DNA of 64,000 bases from Dehalococcoidia bacterium (GTDB lineage Bacteria > Chloroflexota > Dehalococcoidia > GIF9 > AB-539-J10), in contig JAUWOR010000006.1 of assembly GCA_030612025.1 (NCBI GenBank), forward strand, positions 26,043 to 90,042, written 5' to 3'. The notes under the pieces were generated by a model, which made no database searches, was not told the origin of the DNA, and worked only from the letters and a program-made list of their open reading frames with translations. The stretch's first letter is position 1, and the number at the start of each line of letters is the position of its first letter. The position numbers and the translations under genes were made by a program. Below, in pieces: positions 19,426 through 28,091 of the stretch.

Positions 19426-20514
19426 ATGTCCACCTCAACACAAAGAACCGGGATTGCTAATTTGCCTTTGCACTATGGCAAGGTGCCTCCGTGGCTTTTT
19501 GGGCGGATGTCTCAGCTTGCTCGGGAGATTGCCATTGTCATTATTGATGAATTTGGAGCTGAGGAGATGCTCCGCCGCCTTTCTGACCCTTTCTGGTTTC
19601 AAGCTTTTGGCTGTGTCCTGGGCTACGACTGGCATTCCAGCGGCGTTACTACCACTGTTTGCGGGGCTCTGAAAGAAGGGATGCGAGGCTTAGAAAAAGA
19701 ACTTGGCCTGTTCGTTGCCGGCGGCAAGGGCAGGACTTCACGAAAAACCCCAGCGGAGATAGAAAGCTTTGGGCATCTGCTAAAAGTAAATCCATCGCCT
19801 CTAATCTATGCCAGTCGGATGTCAGCCAAGGTAGATAACTCAGCCCTTCAAGACGGCTATCAGCTCTATCACCATACTTTCTTCTTTACCAGAGACGGCT
19901 CCTGGGCAGTAATTCAGCAGGGCATGAATGAGATTAACCGCTATGCGCGGCGTTATCACTGGCTAGGAGAAAAAGTCGTTGATTTTGTTTGTGAGCCTGA
20001 GGCAGCTATTTGCTCCCAAGCTAGAGGCGAAGCACTAAACTTGGTAGCATCAGAGAGCACACAAGCGCGAAACGTCATCACCGATATTGCTGCTGAGGAA
20101 AAGCCGGAGAATATCGTAACCCAATTGAAGAAGCTAAAAACCTTGACTCTGCCCCGGCGATCTTACATCAGCCTCGAAGACATTCATCCCGACCGACTGA
20201 GCAAGCTCTTCACCATCGCTTATGAGCATCAACCAGAAAACTTTGAGTCACTGCTGGGGCTTGAAGGTATAGGACCAAAGACGCTTCGCGCTTTGAGTCT
20301 TATCTCAGAATTGGTTTACGATACACCGGTTAGCCTGCATGACCCGGCAAGCTACAGTTTTGCCCATGGTGGCAAGGATGGTCATCCCTATCCTGTGGAT
20401 AGGAAGACTTATGATGCTAGCATCGAATTTCTGGCTCAGGCGGTAGATAAAGCCAAGATTGGCGATAAAGAGAAGCTTGATGCCTTCAGACGCCTAAAAG
20501 TTTGGACTGTATAA
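19426..20514 (+). CDS. DUF763-family protein, conserved hypothetical and archaeal-like
   Basis: 362 aa. Partial, divergent copies of its 5' end (18263-18469) and 3' end (22407-22510) flank two inserted cassettes. Confidence 0.7.
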   Translation: MSTSTQRTGIANLPLHYGKVPPWLFGRMSQLAREIAIVIIDEFGAEEMLRRLSDPFWFQAFGCVLGYDWHSSGVTTTVCGALKEGMRGLEKELGLFVAGGKGRTSRKTPAEIESFGHLLKVNPSPLIYASRMSAKVDNSALQDGYQLYHHTFFFTRDGSWAVIQQGMNEINRYARRYHWLGEKVVDFVCEPEAAICSQARGEALNLVASESTQARNVITDIAAEEKPENIVTQLKKLKTLTLPRRSYISLEDIHPDRLSKLFTIAYEHQPENFESLLGLEGIGPKTLRALSLISELVYDTPVSLHDPASYSFAHGGKDGHPYPVDRKTYDASIEFLAQAVDKAKIGDKEKLDAFRRLKVWTV

Positions 20515-20540
20515 CTAATAGTGATAACTAAGGTACAGGC

Positions 20541-20963
20541 TTAAAAGTTTAATGATTGACGAATAGTTGCTAAATCTCTTTGGAAAAAGCCTTTTACGTC
20601 ACTATTACTAAAATATTCCTGAACTGGCTTTTCAAGAAATTCTCTTTCTGCGGGGAAGTGAAGATACCTAGCAATTCTGCTTTGCTCATAAAGTTTCCTA
20701 AACGATTGCCACACCTTAAATGAGTAGTTTTCTAAAATCATCTCGGTTCTGTAGTCATGATAGCTTCCTTTGTAATTACGAGGTTTGCTTATTTCGGTAT
20801 GCACGATTTTGGGATTCTGAAAGAAGGCAGCTTCAACATAATGGATAGCAGCGTAAAAGGTTGCAGTTATAATCCAATCCTTATATTCCAAGCTGGCTAA
20901 TAGTTGCCGGGCTAGACTTTCATTATGTCGTGCTTGTCGCAAATGAGCTTGTAGAGATGCCAT
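20541..20963 (-). CDS. hypothetical protein, gene 3 of the uncharacterised cassette
   Basis: 140 aa with no recognisable motifs. It lies last in a co-directional three-gene string. Confidence 0.5.
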   Translation of the reverse strand: MASLQAHLRQARHNESLARQLLASLEYKDWIITATFYAAIHYVEAAFFQNPKIVHTEISKPRNYKGSYHDYRTEMILENYSFKVWQSFRKLYEQSRIARYLHFPAEREFLEKPVQEYFSNSDVKGFFQRDLATIRQSLNF

Positions 20964-21567
20964 CTAGACTTCTTGACCAAATCAGTTTCACATCTGGATT
21001 GAATATCTGAGCTAAAGACTCAAACTCAGTGAGCCTGGGGATATATTCAAAGGAAAGAGGAACATCCTTAAATTGCAATCGAACATTTCTCTCACTGATG
21101 AGAAGCCGATTCATTAATTCGTCGTCATACTTTTCATTCGTTGTTAGTATAAGGAACCTTTTTCTCTGCAGGTATTCATCGGAATAAATCGAAAACACCT
21201 GCTCTATTCCTTCAAAAATGCCTATAACCTTCCGTTCTATGCGAAATTCACTACTCTCCTCCTCAGCTTTCGTTGAGAACTCAACCCATCTAATAAGTGT
21301 ACCAGAGTTCAGAGAAAAGACCTCTTCCCACATAGCCTCCAAGGTGGTTACAAGCTGGCGATCTAATAAATCGATAGCTTTAGAACACTGCTTAACTTTC
21401 TCAACCCCGAGATATTGTGTAACCTCTTTGCCAGCAGTAACTTCTTTAAAGGCATTCAGCAAAATCTCAGAAAACATCTTAAAGGTTGTATTCTCCACAT
21501 CTTCTCGCCTTAGCCTCCATGGTGTATAAGGCTGGGTAACAGTGGATATAGAAGCAAGAGCACACAT
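20923..21567 (-). CDS. hypothetical protein, gene 2 of the cassette. The probable start is MCALAS at 21567.
   Basis: An ATG at 21565-21567 is preceded by GAGGAGGA, which lies within the last codons (FTEED*) of the upstream gene. The start was reassigned from the ORF-track position of 21633. Confidence 0.5.
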   Translation of the reverse strand: MCALASISTVTQPYTPWRLRREDVENTTFKMFSEILLNAFKEVTAGKEVTQYLGVEKVKQCSKAIDLLDRQLVTTLEAMWEEVFSLNSGTLIRWVEFSTKAEEESSEFRIERKVIGIFEGIEQVFSIYSDEYLQRKRFLILTTNEKYDDELMNRLLISERNVRLQFKDVPLSFEYIPRLTEFESLAQIFNPDVKLIWSRSLDGISTSSFATSTT

Positions 21568-21569
21568 AC

Positions 21570-22277
21570 TTAATCCTCCTCTGTAAACAAAGACTTTAAA
21601 TCGCTTTCCACAAAAGTGAAAACTTGGGAACAAAAAGCTGGAATCTGTTCTGCACTAAAATCATATTTCATCTCTGAGACTGTATTTATATCTGTCTCAA
21701 TGAGCAAAGCATTAGCTTCTTCTAAGGTTTCTTTACCCTCAGGGCTAAGGCATCTAAATCTGTGCCATCTGTTTACCTTAAATTCTCCTAGAGCAAACTT
21801 GTGCAAAAAGTTCAGATTAAGTTCGCGCGGATCGACAATCGTTCCTGACTTCAAGAACTTTTTCATTAAGAAATCCACGGGGGACTCTTCTGGAAACACA
21901 GCTGAGTTTACAACAATCCCCATGCGCTCAACTTTCACTCTAAGTTCTGTTTTTACAGCCCTAGCAATGTTGGCAAGCTGAGTCAAAAAATCATCTTGCA
22001 CCTCTTCAAGCTTTTTATTTTCACCTTTCTTCTGTCTTAAAAAAAACTCAAGTCTTTTAGGGCTTATGTGGCAATGAAACATCTTATTCTTATCCCCAAG
22101 GATAATGCGCGGAATTTCAACGGGAGCATCATCAGGTATCGGTAAAATAGTCTGTTCACCACTAAACAAGTTTTTTGTAGCTTTGTTTAGATTTTGAGCA
22201 ACTTCTATTCTGTCAGACAGAGCTATATCGCTGAAAAGAACTACTAAAATTCTTCGGATAAAAATTTCCATTGCCAC
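21570..22277 (-). CDS. hypothetical protein, gene 1 of the cassette
   Basis: 235 aa with no recognisable motifs. Its stop codon abuts the RBS and start of gene 2. Confidence 0.5.
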   Translation of the reverse strand: MAMEIFIRRILVVLFSDIALSDRIEVAQNLNKATKNLFSGEQTILPIPDDAPVEIPRIILGDKNKMFHCHISPKRLEFFLRQKKGENKKLEEVQDDFLTQLANIARAVKTELRVKVERMGIVVNSAVFPEESPVDFLMKKFLKSGTIVDPRELNLNFLHKFALGEFKVNRWHRFRCLSPEGKETLEEANALLIETDINTVSEMKYDFSAEQIPAFCSQVFTFVESDLKSLFTEED

Positions 22278-22406
22278 CTCTCTTATATTAGATTCAAACC
22301 CCGGCGAAAAGTATCAAACGCCTCATCAATATACGCCAAAAAACACTTCTTGACAATAGGGGGGACTTTGCACAATCCCGGTAGAACTTTCTTAAACAAT
22401 CTGGCC

Positions 22407-22510
22407 TTATACGATGCTAGCATTGAATTTCTGGCTCTGGCAGTGGACAAAGCCAAAATTGGCGATAAAGAGAAGCTTGATGCCTTCAGAAGATTAAAGG
22501 CTTGGCGGTA
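22407..22510 (+). pseudogene. divergent 3' fragment of the DUF763 gene
   Basis: About 88% nucleotide identity to 20405-20514. It encodes ...DASIEFLALAVDKAKIGDKEKLDAFRRLKAWR*. Confidence 0.65.
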
Positions 22511-22534
22511 AAGGAGGTTTTAGGGTGAGTTTTT

Positions 22535-22588
22535 CACCCTCACCTTAATCCTCTCCCGTCAAGGGAGAGGAAATTTGGCTCGCAATGA
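22535..22588 (+). repeat. REP-like hairpin element, copy A (caccctcaccttaatcctctccc-N-caagggagaggaaat)
   Basis: Further copies lie at 56274-56316 and 58304-58357, all in the same orientation. A degenerate relative is at 24464-24495. Confidence 0.7.
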
Positions 22589-22638
22589 CATAGTGAAGTT
22601 ATTGTTACAAGGCTCTATAATATAGGGTAAGCAGTAAA

Positions 22639-23979
22639 ATGACCCATTTTGATATCGCATCTTATGTGTCCCACATCGAGGCTAATAGGTCAGTCAAGGA
22701 TGCCCTGATGCAAAAGTTAAAGACTCGCCGGCCTCCATACCATATTTCAGTAACTGACCTGACTAACCTGAAGCAGGCTTACTTTAAGAGAAAATACCCG
22801 GAAATCGTTCCACCTCTGGAAAAACAACAGCTTCTGTGGGCTGGCACCGGGTTTCACAAGATCTTTGGTTCGGCTGTTTCCAGCGAAGAATATCTGGAGC
22901 AGTTTGTCGAAGCTGAGGGCATCGTAGGCAAAATTGATATCTATGAAAATATACCCATAGAGGTGAAAACAACCTCAACCCTGGTAAGCACGGGAGACTT
23001 GGCTAAATATAGGCCGACTTATGTGGAACAACTGGGCATATACTGTGCTATGGTCAACTCCCTCCAGGGGAAAATCATTATTTACCAGCGCCACGATTCT
23101 ACAGAATCACCCCAAGCTCCGCTTATTGCCTACCAGGTTACTTTTCCCGATCTGGAAGCAATCCGAGAGGAAATGCGGCAAAGGCGAGATCTCTTGGTAC
23201 AAGCACTCATCTCAAATGACCCCAGTAATCTGCCTATCTGTGCTTGGTTTAATAGGGGATGTGATTATTCAGAAGTATGTGACTGCAGGACTACTTCGGT
23301 GCCGCTATCATACACGATTGCTGAACTAGCAGGGCAAATCCAAATTGACGAGCCCACTTGCCAACAACTCCTTGATAAGCTTGCCAAGCCACAGCCATCT
23401 CGACTATTTCGAACCAACGACCTCGTCTTCCCCCGTAAGGCATACTTTAAGCGTGCCAAGCCGCAAGAAATCGCCATTGACCAAGGGTTGCCGCAAGAAA
23501 AAGAAGAGCATCTTCGTTCCATGGATGAACTAGGCTTTCTCGATGCGCTTCGTGATGCGTTACGCTACGGCGCTCCAGGCGAAGTGGAAAGGATTCCCAT
23601 ACAACATAGACTATTGGCTGACCTGGTCCAAGTCTGTCAGAACTTGCCCACCATCTTGCGCGACCCAAAGTTCTATTCCCTGGTGGAAAGGGAACGCTTG
23701 CCCTGGACATTCCCTCATTATTTCCTCCGCCTGGGATTCGAGTGCGCCCTAACAGACCATCCCCAGGGCAGGCTACTGCTTTATTACGCTAACGTTCCTA
23801 GAGAAGATGCTAAACTAATGGTCTATGATGCGACCTTTAGAAATTTGCATGCCCTCAAGACGGAGGCATTACGCCGCGTTGAGCTTTTGCAAAAAGCAAC
23901 GTCTCCACTTCAGCTTCCAAAATGTCCCTCATGGATGTGTCCTAACTGTAGCTATAAGTTTGAATGTGGTGAAGCATGA
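22639..23979 (+). CDS. Cas4/RecB-like PD-(D/E)XK nuclease domain protein with two cysteine clusters (putative Fe-S centres)
   Basis: 446 aa. The nuclease motifs are GKIDIYENIPIEVKTT (D...ExK) and YVEQLGIY (QxxxY). The first Cys cluster is CAWFNRGCDYSEVCDC. The C-terminal Cys cluster is CPSWMCPNCSYKFEC (C-x4-C-x2-C-x5-C). Confidence 0.55.
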   Translation: MTHFDIASYVSHIEANRSVKDALMQKLKTRRPPYHISVTDLTNLKQAYFKRKYPEIVPPLEKQQLLWAGTGFHKIFGSAVSSEEYLEQFVEAEGIVGKIDIYENIPIEVKTTSTLVSTGDLAKYRPTYVEQLGIYCAMVNSLQGKIIIYQRHDSTESPQAPLIAYQVTFPDLEAIREEMRQRRDLLVQALISNDPSNLPICAWFNRGCDYSEVCDCRTTSVPLSYTIAELAGQIQIDEPTCQQLLDKLAKPQPSRLFRTNDLVFPRKAYFKRAKPQEIAIDQGLPQEKEEHLRSMDELGFLDALRDALRYGAPGEVERIPIQHRLLADLVQVCQNLPTILRDPKFYSLVERERLPWTFPHYFLRLGFECALTDHPQGRLLLYYANVPREDAKLMVYDATFRNLHALKTEALRRVELLQKATSPLQLPKCPSWMCPNCSYKFECGEA

Positions 23980-24467
23980 ACTGGCTGGATATAGTTATCA
24001 TAATAGTTACTCTCTTACTCGGCATGCTGGGATTATGGAGAGGAGCTATCAAGGCTGTATTTGGTATCGTCGGGTTAATAGGAGGTATAGCTCTAGCAGG
24101 GCATTACTACCTGCCACTTGCCAGCATACTCTCCTCCGGTGAAGCTATTTGGTCGAGGATAGCTGCCTACGCTATTATCCTGGTGGCCACTTTGATTGTA
24201 GCTAGCGTAATCGGCTGGTTTGTAGCTCGCTTGGTTCACATCGTGATGCTCGGCTGGGTAGATAGGCTTATTGGTTTCATCCTTGGAGCCGCCATAGGTA
24301 GCATGCTATGCGCCGCTGTCCTTGCCATTGTAAGCAAGTATTTATCAGTCATGGGGGGAGTTATCTCTCAGTCTGTAATGGCAAAACTCTTGATGGAGCA
24401 ATTTCCTTTGTTATTAGCGCTCCTCCCCGAGGAATTTGACTTCATTGCTGACTTCTTTTCACTCTAA
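23976..24467 (+). CDS. cvpA: CvpA-family membrane protein
   Basis: 163 aa with four transmembrane segments and CvpA-like topology. It overlaps the nuclease gene stop by 4 nt (ATGA). Confidence 0.65.
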   Translation: MNWLDIVIIIVTLLLGMLGLWRGAIKAVFGIVGLIGGIALAGHYYLPLASILSSGEAIWSRIAAYAIILVATLIVASVIGWFVARLVHIVMLGWVDRLIGFILGAAIGSMLCAAVLAIVSKYLSVMGGVISQSVMAKLLMEQFPLLLALLPEEFDFIADFFSL

Positions 24468-24501
24468 TCCACTCCCATCATGGGAGAGGGAGACTTGTTA
24501 T

Positions 24502-24828
24502 TTACTCCTCTAAAAGGTCATCCAGTATCTTCTTAAGTTCTTTCTTCGATTTGAGACCAATGATTTGCTGAACCGGCTGGCCGTCCTTAAATATAAGCAT
24601 AGTGGGAATAGCAGCAATGCCATATTTAGCAGCTAGAGAACTATTGCCATCCACATTGACTTTAGCAAAGTTTATTTTACCAGCATATTCTTTAGCTAGT
24701 CCCTCCAAAATGGGAGCAGCAGCCAGGCAGGGAGCACACCAATTTGCCCAGAAATCTACCAAAGTCGGTAATTTCGATTGTACTACAGCCTTTTGAAAGT
24801 TGTCCTCACCTAGTATTGATTGCATCAT
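24502..24828 (-). CDS. trxA: thioredoxin
   Basis: 108 aa. The active site WCAPC is present. Confidence 0.9.
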   Translation of the reverse strand: MMQSILGEDNFQKAVVQSKLPTLVDFWANWCAPCLAAAPILEGLAKEYAGKINFAKVNVDGNSSLAAKYGIAAIPTMLIFKDGQPVQQIIGLKSKKELKKILDDLLEE

Positions 24829-24851
24829 TGGCTTGACCTCCCATAAATAAT

Positions 24852-25628
24852 TTAAAAAGCTACGTCTAAAGCGAAGAAATTGATGGCATTTCTTGTTGTC
24901 AGCTCAGCAATTGTAGCCTCGTCAATTTCTTTAAGCTGAGCTGTGGCTTTTAAACTCCTCACTACATCAGCAGGTTTAGATTCATACTTTACCTCCCTGC
25001 CATAGGTAACAGGGCAATCTGTTTCCAAAAGTAACCTATTGAGAGGCGTTTCCTTAACTGCCCTTCTATGCTCTTCATGATACTCGGTGGCTGGCGTGGC
25101 AGAAACAAAATAGCCAGCGGTAATTATATCCCTGAGAACGCTGGAAAAACCAGTGAACCAATGGAAAACAGCCTTATCTACTCCAGCATCTTGGACTAAT
25201 TGGAATGAATCCCTCCAGGCATATCTACTATGGATTATCGCTGGTTTGGCATATTTCTTAGCTAAATCTAAAAGACGCCTCAAAACATCCTTCTGTAATT
25301 CCTTTGACGCGGCTTTCACTACCCTCTTATCATAGTCCAAGCCTATCTCGCCGATGGCAACCGCTGTGGCGATATTCTGCTCAATAAACTGTAAATTGTC
25401 ATCGAACTGAGGAGCCCCAAGACTACCTAGCTGCCAAGGATGCAAACCTAAAGCCGGATAGACGAAGGAGCAATATAGTTGAGAAATTTCCAATATTTTC
25501 ACATTTGATTGATAGCCTGAGCCCACAGCCACTATAGCGCTAATGCCATTTTCTTTAGCTTCTTCAAGTATTAAATCAAGATTTTGTAGTTCGTCTAGGT
25601 GAGCATGGGTATCGATGAGCTTATACAC
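24852..25628 (-). CDS. TatD-family metal-dependent hydrolase/DNase
   Basis: 258 aa. The N-terminus is LIDTHAHLD, and the conserved His and Asp residues follow. Confidence 0.85.
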   Translation of the reverse strand: MYKLIDTHAHLDELQNLDLILEEAKENGISAIVAVGSGYQSNVKILEISQLYCSFVYPALGLHPWQLGSLGAPQFDDNLQFIEQNIATAVAIGEIGLDYDKRVVKAASKELQKDVLRRLLDLAKKYAKPAIIHSRYAWRDSFQLVQDAGVDKAVFHWFTGFSSVLRDIITAGYFVSATPATEYHEEHRRAVKETPLNRLLLETDCPVTYGREVKYESKPADVVRSLKATAQLKEIDEATIAELTTRNAINFFALDVAF

Positions 25629-25939
25629 TAAATTCTCTTTTCGTCGACCATGCCTTTATAGTACTTAAGCCCCGCTTCCGTCGGCTTATAGCCATAAAGG
25701 GAAAACCTATCTCCTGGCTCCTTAGTAACTAGATTTGCTGATACCAATGCTCTCAGCATTGCCTCACCAAAATATCCCGCCAAATGAAGATGGTGGTCAG
25801 GGACAGTTCTATTGGTGGCTTCATATTCTCGGCAAATTGTGCCTAAGAGCTTGGCCGGCTCCTCATCGAGGCTTTCAAGGAGAGCCTGCATAGTTTGTGT
25901 TTTCCTGATTATAGCGACAAAATCTTCAAAGTCACCCAT
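25628..25939 (-). CDS. hypothetical protein
   Basis: 103 aa. It lies between tatD and the J-domain gene, co-directional with both. Confidence 0.4.
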   Translation of the reverse strand: MGDFEDFVAIIRKTQTMQALLESLDEEPAKLLGTICREYEATNRTVPDHHLHLAGYFGEAMLRALVSANLVTKEPGDRFSLYGYKPTEAGLKYYKGMVDEKRI

Positions 25940-25944
25940 GTCTG

Positions 25945-26706
25945 CTAATTTTTAATCCTGACGGTAATATAGAGGGCGCCAGGATTTCCTCCTTTCAATC
26001 CCATTCCTCTCAACCTTATCTTTGTCCTGTCTGTAACGCCTGCTGGCACCTTGACCACAAGCTTTTTCTTTTCCTTGCCTCTTTGGTATTTAATCTTCTT
26101 CTCCACCCCAGCAACGGCCTCGTTCTGAGAAAGGGCAATCTCATGATATAAGTCCGTTCCTTGATAAGGAAAGCTCCCTACACCCAGCATTCTTTTAAGG
26201 GCAAATTTCATTACCTTGCCTATTAGCCGCAACAAGAGGGGCGGTTTATATTGTGTAGAAGAATATTGCTGACCTCTCCAATCTGGCTGGCCAGAGAAAA
26301 CAAAGGTAAATCCTCTGCCGCCAAAGAACATATTGTCTACAAATCCCTCATCGAACCTCAAACCTGCTCCTTGAAACATCTTCACGAACTCCTGAAACAA
26401 ATATGGATTGGTAAATGCGTCCCTGAACACCTGCTCCTGAGTATAATATCGCCCACCGGTGTATTGAGGACCATATCCAGCTCCAACAAAACCAGCCCAT
26501 CTCATCCTATCATATTCCCGTCTCTTCCCCTCATCACCCAATACGACATAAGCTTCATTGATATCCTTGAATTTTTCTCCAGCCCATTCCTCGTTTCCCA
26601 AGTTTCTATCGGGGTGGTATTTCATAGCAAGCCTTCTGAAGGCATGCTTTATCTCCTCCTCGCTAGCCCCTTCAGGCATACCAAGAATAGAATAATAATC
26701 TTTCAT
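25945..26706 (-). CDS. J-domain (DnaJ-like) protein
   Basis: The N-terminal J domain is [32 protein letters not shown] with the HPD motif. The remainder is not a canonical DnaJ. Confidence 0.7.
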   Translation of the reverse strand: MKDYYSILGMPEGASEEEIKHAFRRLAMKYHPDRNLGNEEWAGEKFKDINEAYVVLGDEGKRREYDRMRWAGFVGAGYGPQYTGGRYYTQEQVFRDAFTNPYLFQEFVKMFQGAGLRFDEGFVDNMFFGGRGFTFVFSGQPDWRGQQYSSTQYKPPLLLRLIGKVMKFALKRMLGVGSFPYQGTDLYHEIALSQNEAVAGVEKKIKYQRGKEKKKLVVKVPAGVTDRTKIRLRGMGLKGGNPGALYITVRIKN

Positions 26707-26855
26707 GGCACGGTTACTTACTCCAAAGTAAACTAGCTAACATTTTAGCGGTTGGGGGTCACTTTTAGCAAGCGAAGCTATTATAGCTGCCATTGACAGT
26801 GGAAGTATCCTCGGCTACAGTAAGAAGAAATTCAGAATATAGCTGGGGGTACTAG

Positions 26856-27194
26856 ATGATGGATTATGGACGTGAGTTGCTCAAAGGGAATACCGATTGC
26901 TTACTTCTTTGTTTAATCAACAATCAACCCACATACGGTTATCAAATCATAAAGGAATTGGAGAAGAGGAGCAACGGATATTTCCAATTCAAAGAGGGAA
27001 CTTTGTATCCTGCTCTCCACCGCATGGAGAAGGAGCAGCTTATTAAGGGCGAATGGCAAATGCTACCTAATGGGCAACAAAGACGGTATTACCATATAAC
27101 TAAAAGGGGAAAGCAAGTTTTAGCCAAAAGGCTGGCTGTGTGGCAAGATTTCTCTACCGCGGTTAGATTAGTTACACAACCAGCAACAACTTAG
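26856..27194 (+). CDS. PadR-family transcriptional regulator
   Basis: 112 aa. The winged-helix region PTYGYQIIKELEK...GTLYPALHRMEKEQLI is typical of PadR. Confidence 0.8.
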   Translation: MMDYGRELLKGNTDCLLLCLINNQPTYGYQIIKELEKRSNGYFQFKEGTLYPALHRMEKEQLIKGEWQMLPNGQQRRYYHITKRGKQVLAKRLAVWQDFSTAVRLVTQPATT

Positions 27195-27201
27195 CACCAC
27201 G

Positions 27202-28091
27202 ATGGCAAACAATTTAAGCGATTACCTAGATAGTATTAAAATCTGCCTCAAGTGCGATTCGGCAGTTAAGGCGAGTGTGACTCGTGAACTTCAGACACAC
27301 CTCGAGGATAAAAGCCAAGAGCTAAGGGAAACCGGGCTTAGTGAGGATGAGGCAAATAACATCGCCACAGAATCCTTCGGCTCCCCTCAATTAATCGCTC
27401 AGCAAATCTACGAAGTCCATAGCCAGGGTACGTGGCAAGAAGCTTTTTTCGCTGCCTTGTCTCATTTGCTGGTTGCCTTGCTTTTTTTGCTTCATACTAT
27501 TGGCAAAACATCATCTGCTTATCAATCATATTAGTAGCGGTTACTTGTATAGTAATTTATGGCTGGTGTCATAACAAACCAATGTGGTTTTTCCCCTGGT
27601 TAGGATATTATCTACTCCCAGTAATAATTACTGGTATGCTATTAATTTACTTGCCTCATGGCTGGGTTTGGTTAGCGACACTTGCTTACTTTCCTTTAGC
27701 TCTATTTGCGTTTGCCTACATAATGAAACAAACTGCAAGTCGCGATTGGCTTTATGTGTCGTTAATGCTAGCCCCACTTCCAGTAGTATTCAGTTGGTCA
27801 TTAGCCCTAGGCATAAATGAGTCCTTGCCAAGCAACATGCTGTCAGCACGATTGCAACCAGCTATTCCCTGGATAGTTATTAGTTTCCTTGTTTTGGCTG
27901 TGGCAACCTTTGCATACGCTCGTGTAAGGCAGAGGTGGTGCAAAGCTGCTACTTTGTTAATTCCGCCAAGCGTAATCCTGGTTTCAGTAACTCTAGTAAA
28001 CAGAGGAAATATTGGTTTCTGGGGTTGGCTGATATTACTCTTCTCTTTATTCGCTCTCGCTAGCCCAGCCTGGCTGCAAGCCAGGTCATAG
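27202..28091 (+). CDS. PadR-associated membrane protein split over two overlapping frames (27202-27534 and 27432-28091). Either a frameshift at a T7 run or two separate genes.
   Basis: The N-terminal part has a soluble helical domain followed by a transmembrane segment. A T7 homopolymer at 27482-27488 lies in the 103-nt overlap. Adding one T would fuse the two frames into one continuous multi-TM protein. Confidence 0.4.

Noticed and set aside
20515-20540. A possible functional link between the DUF763 gene and the three-gene cassette, read as a single operon.
   Set aside because: The cassette is on the opposite strand and convergent with DUF763. DUF763 is treated as the recombination anchor, not as a component of the cassette.
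23021-23752. Several ORFs of 62-102 aa in alternative frames within the nuclease gene.
   Set aside because: They are embedded in a longer ORF that carries clear PD-(D/E)XK motifs. They are frame artefacts.
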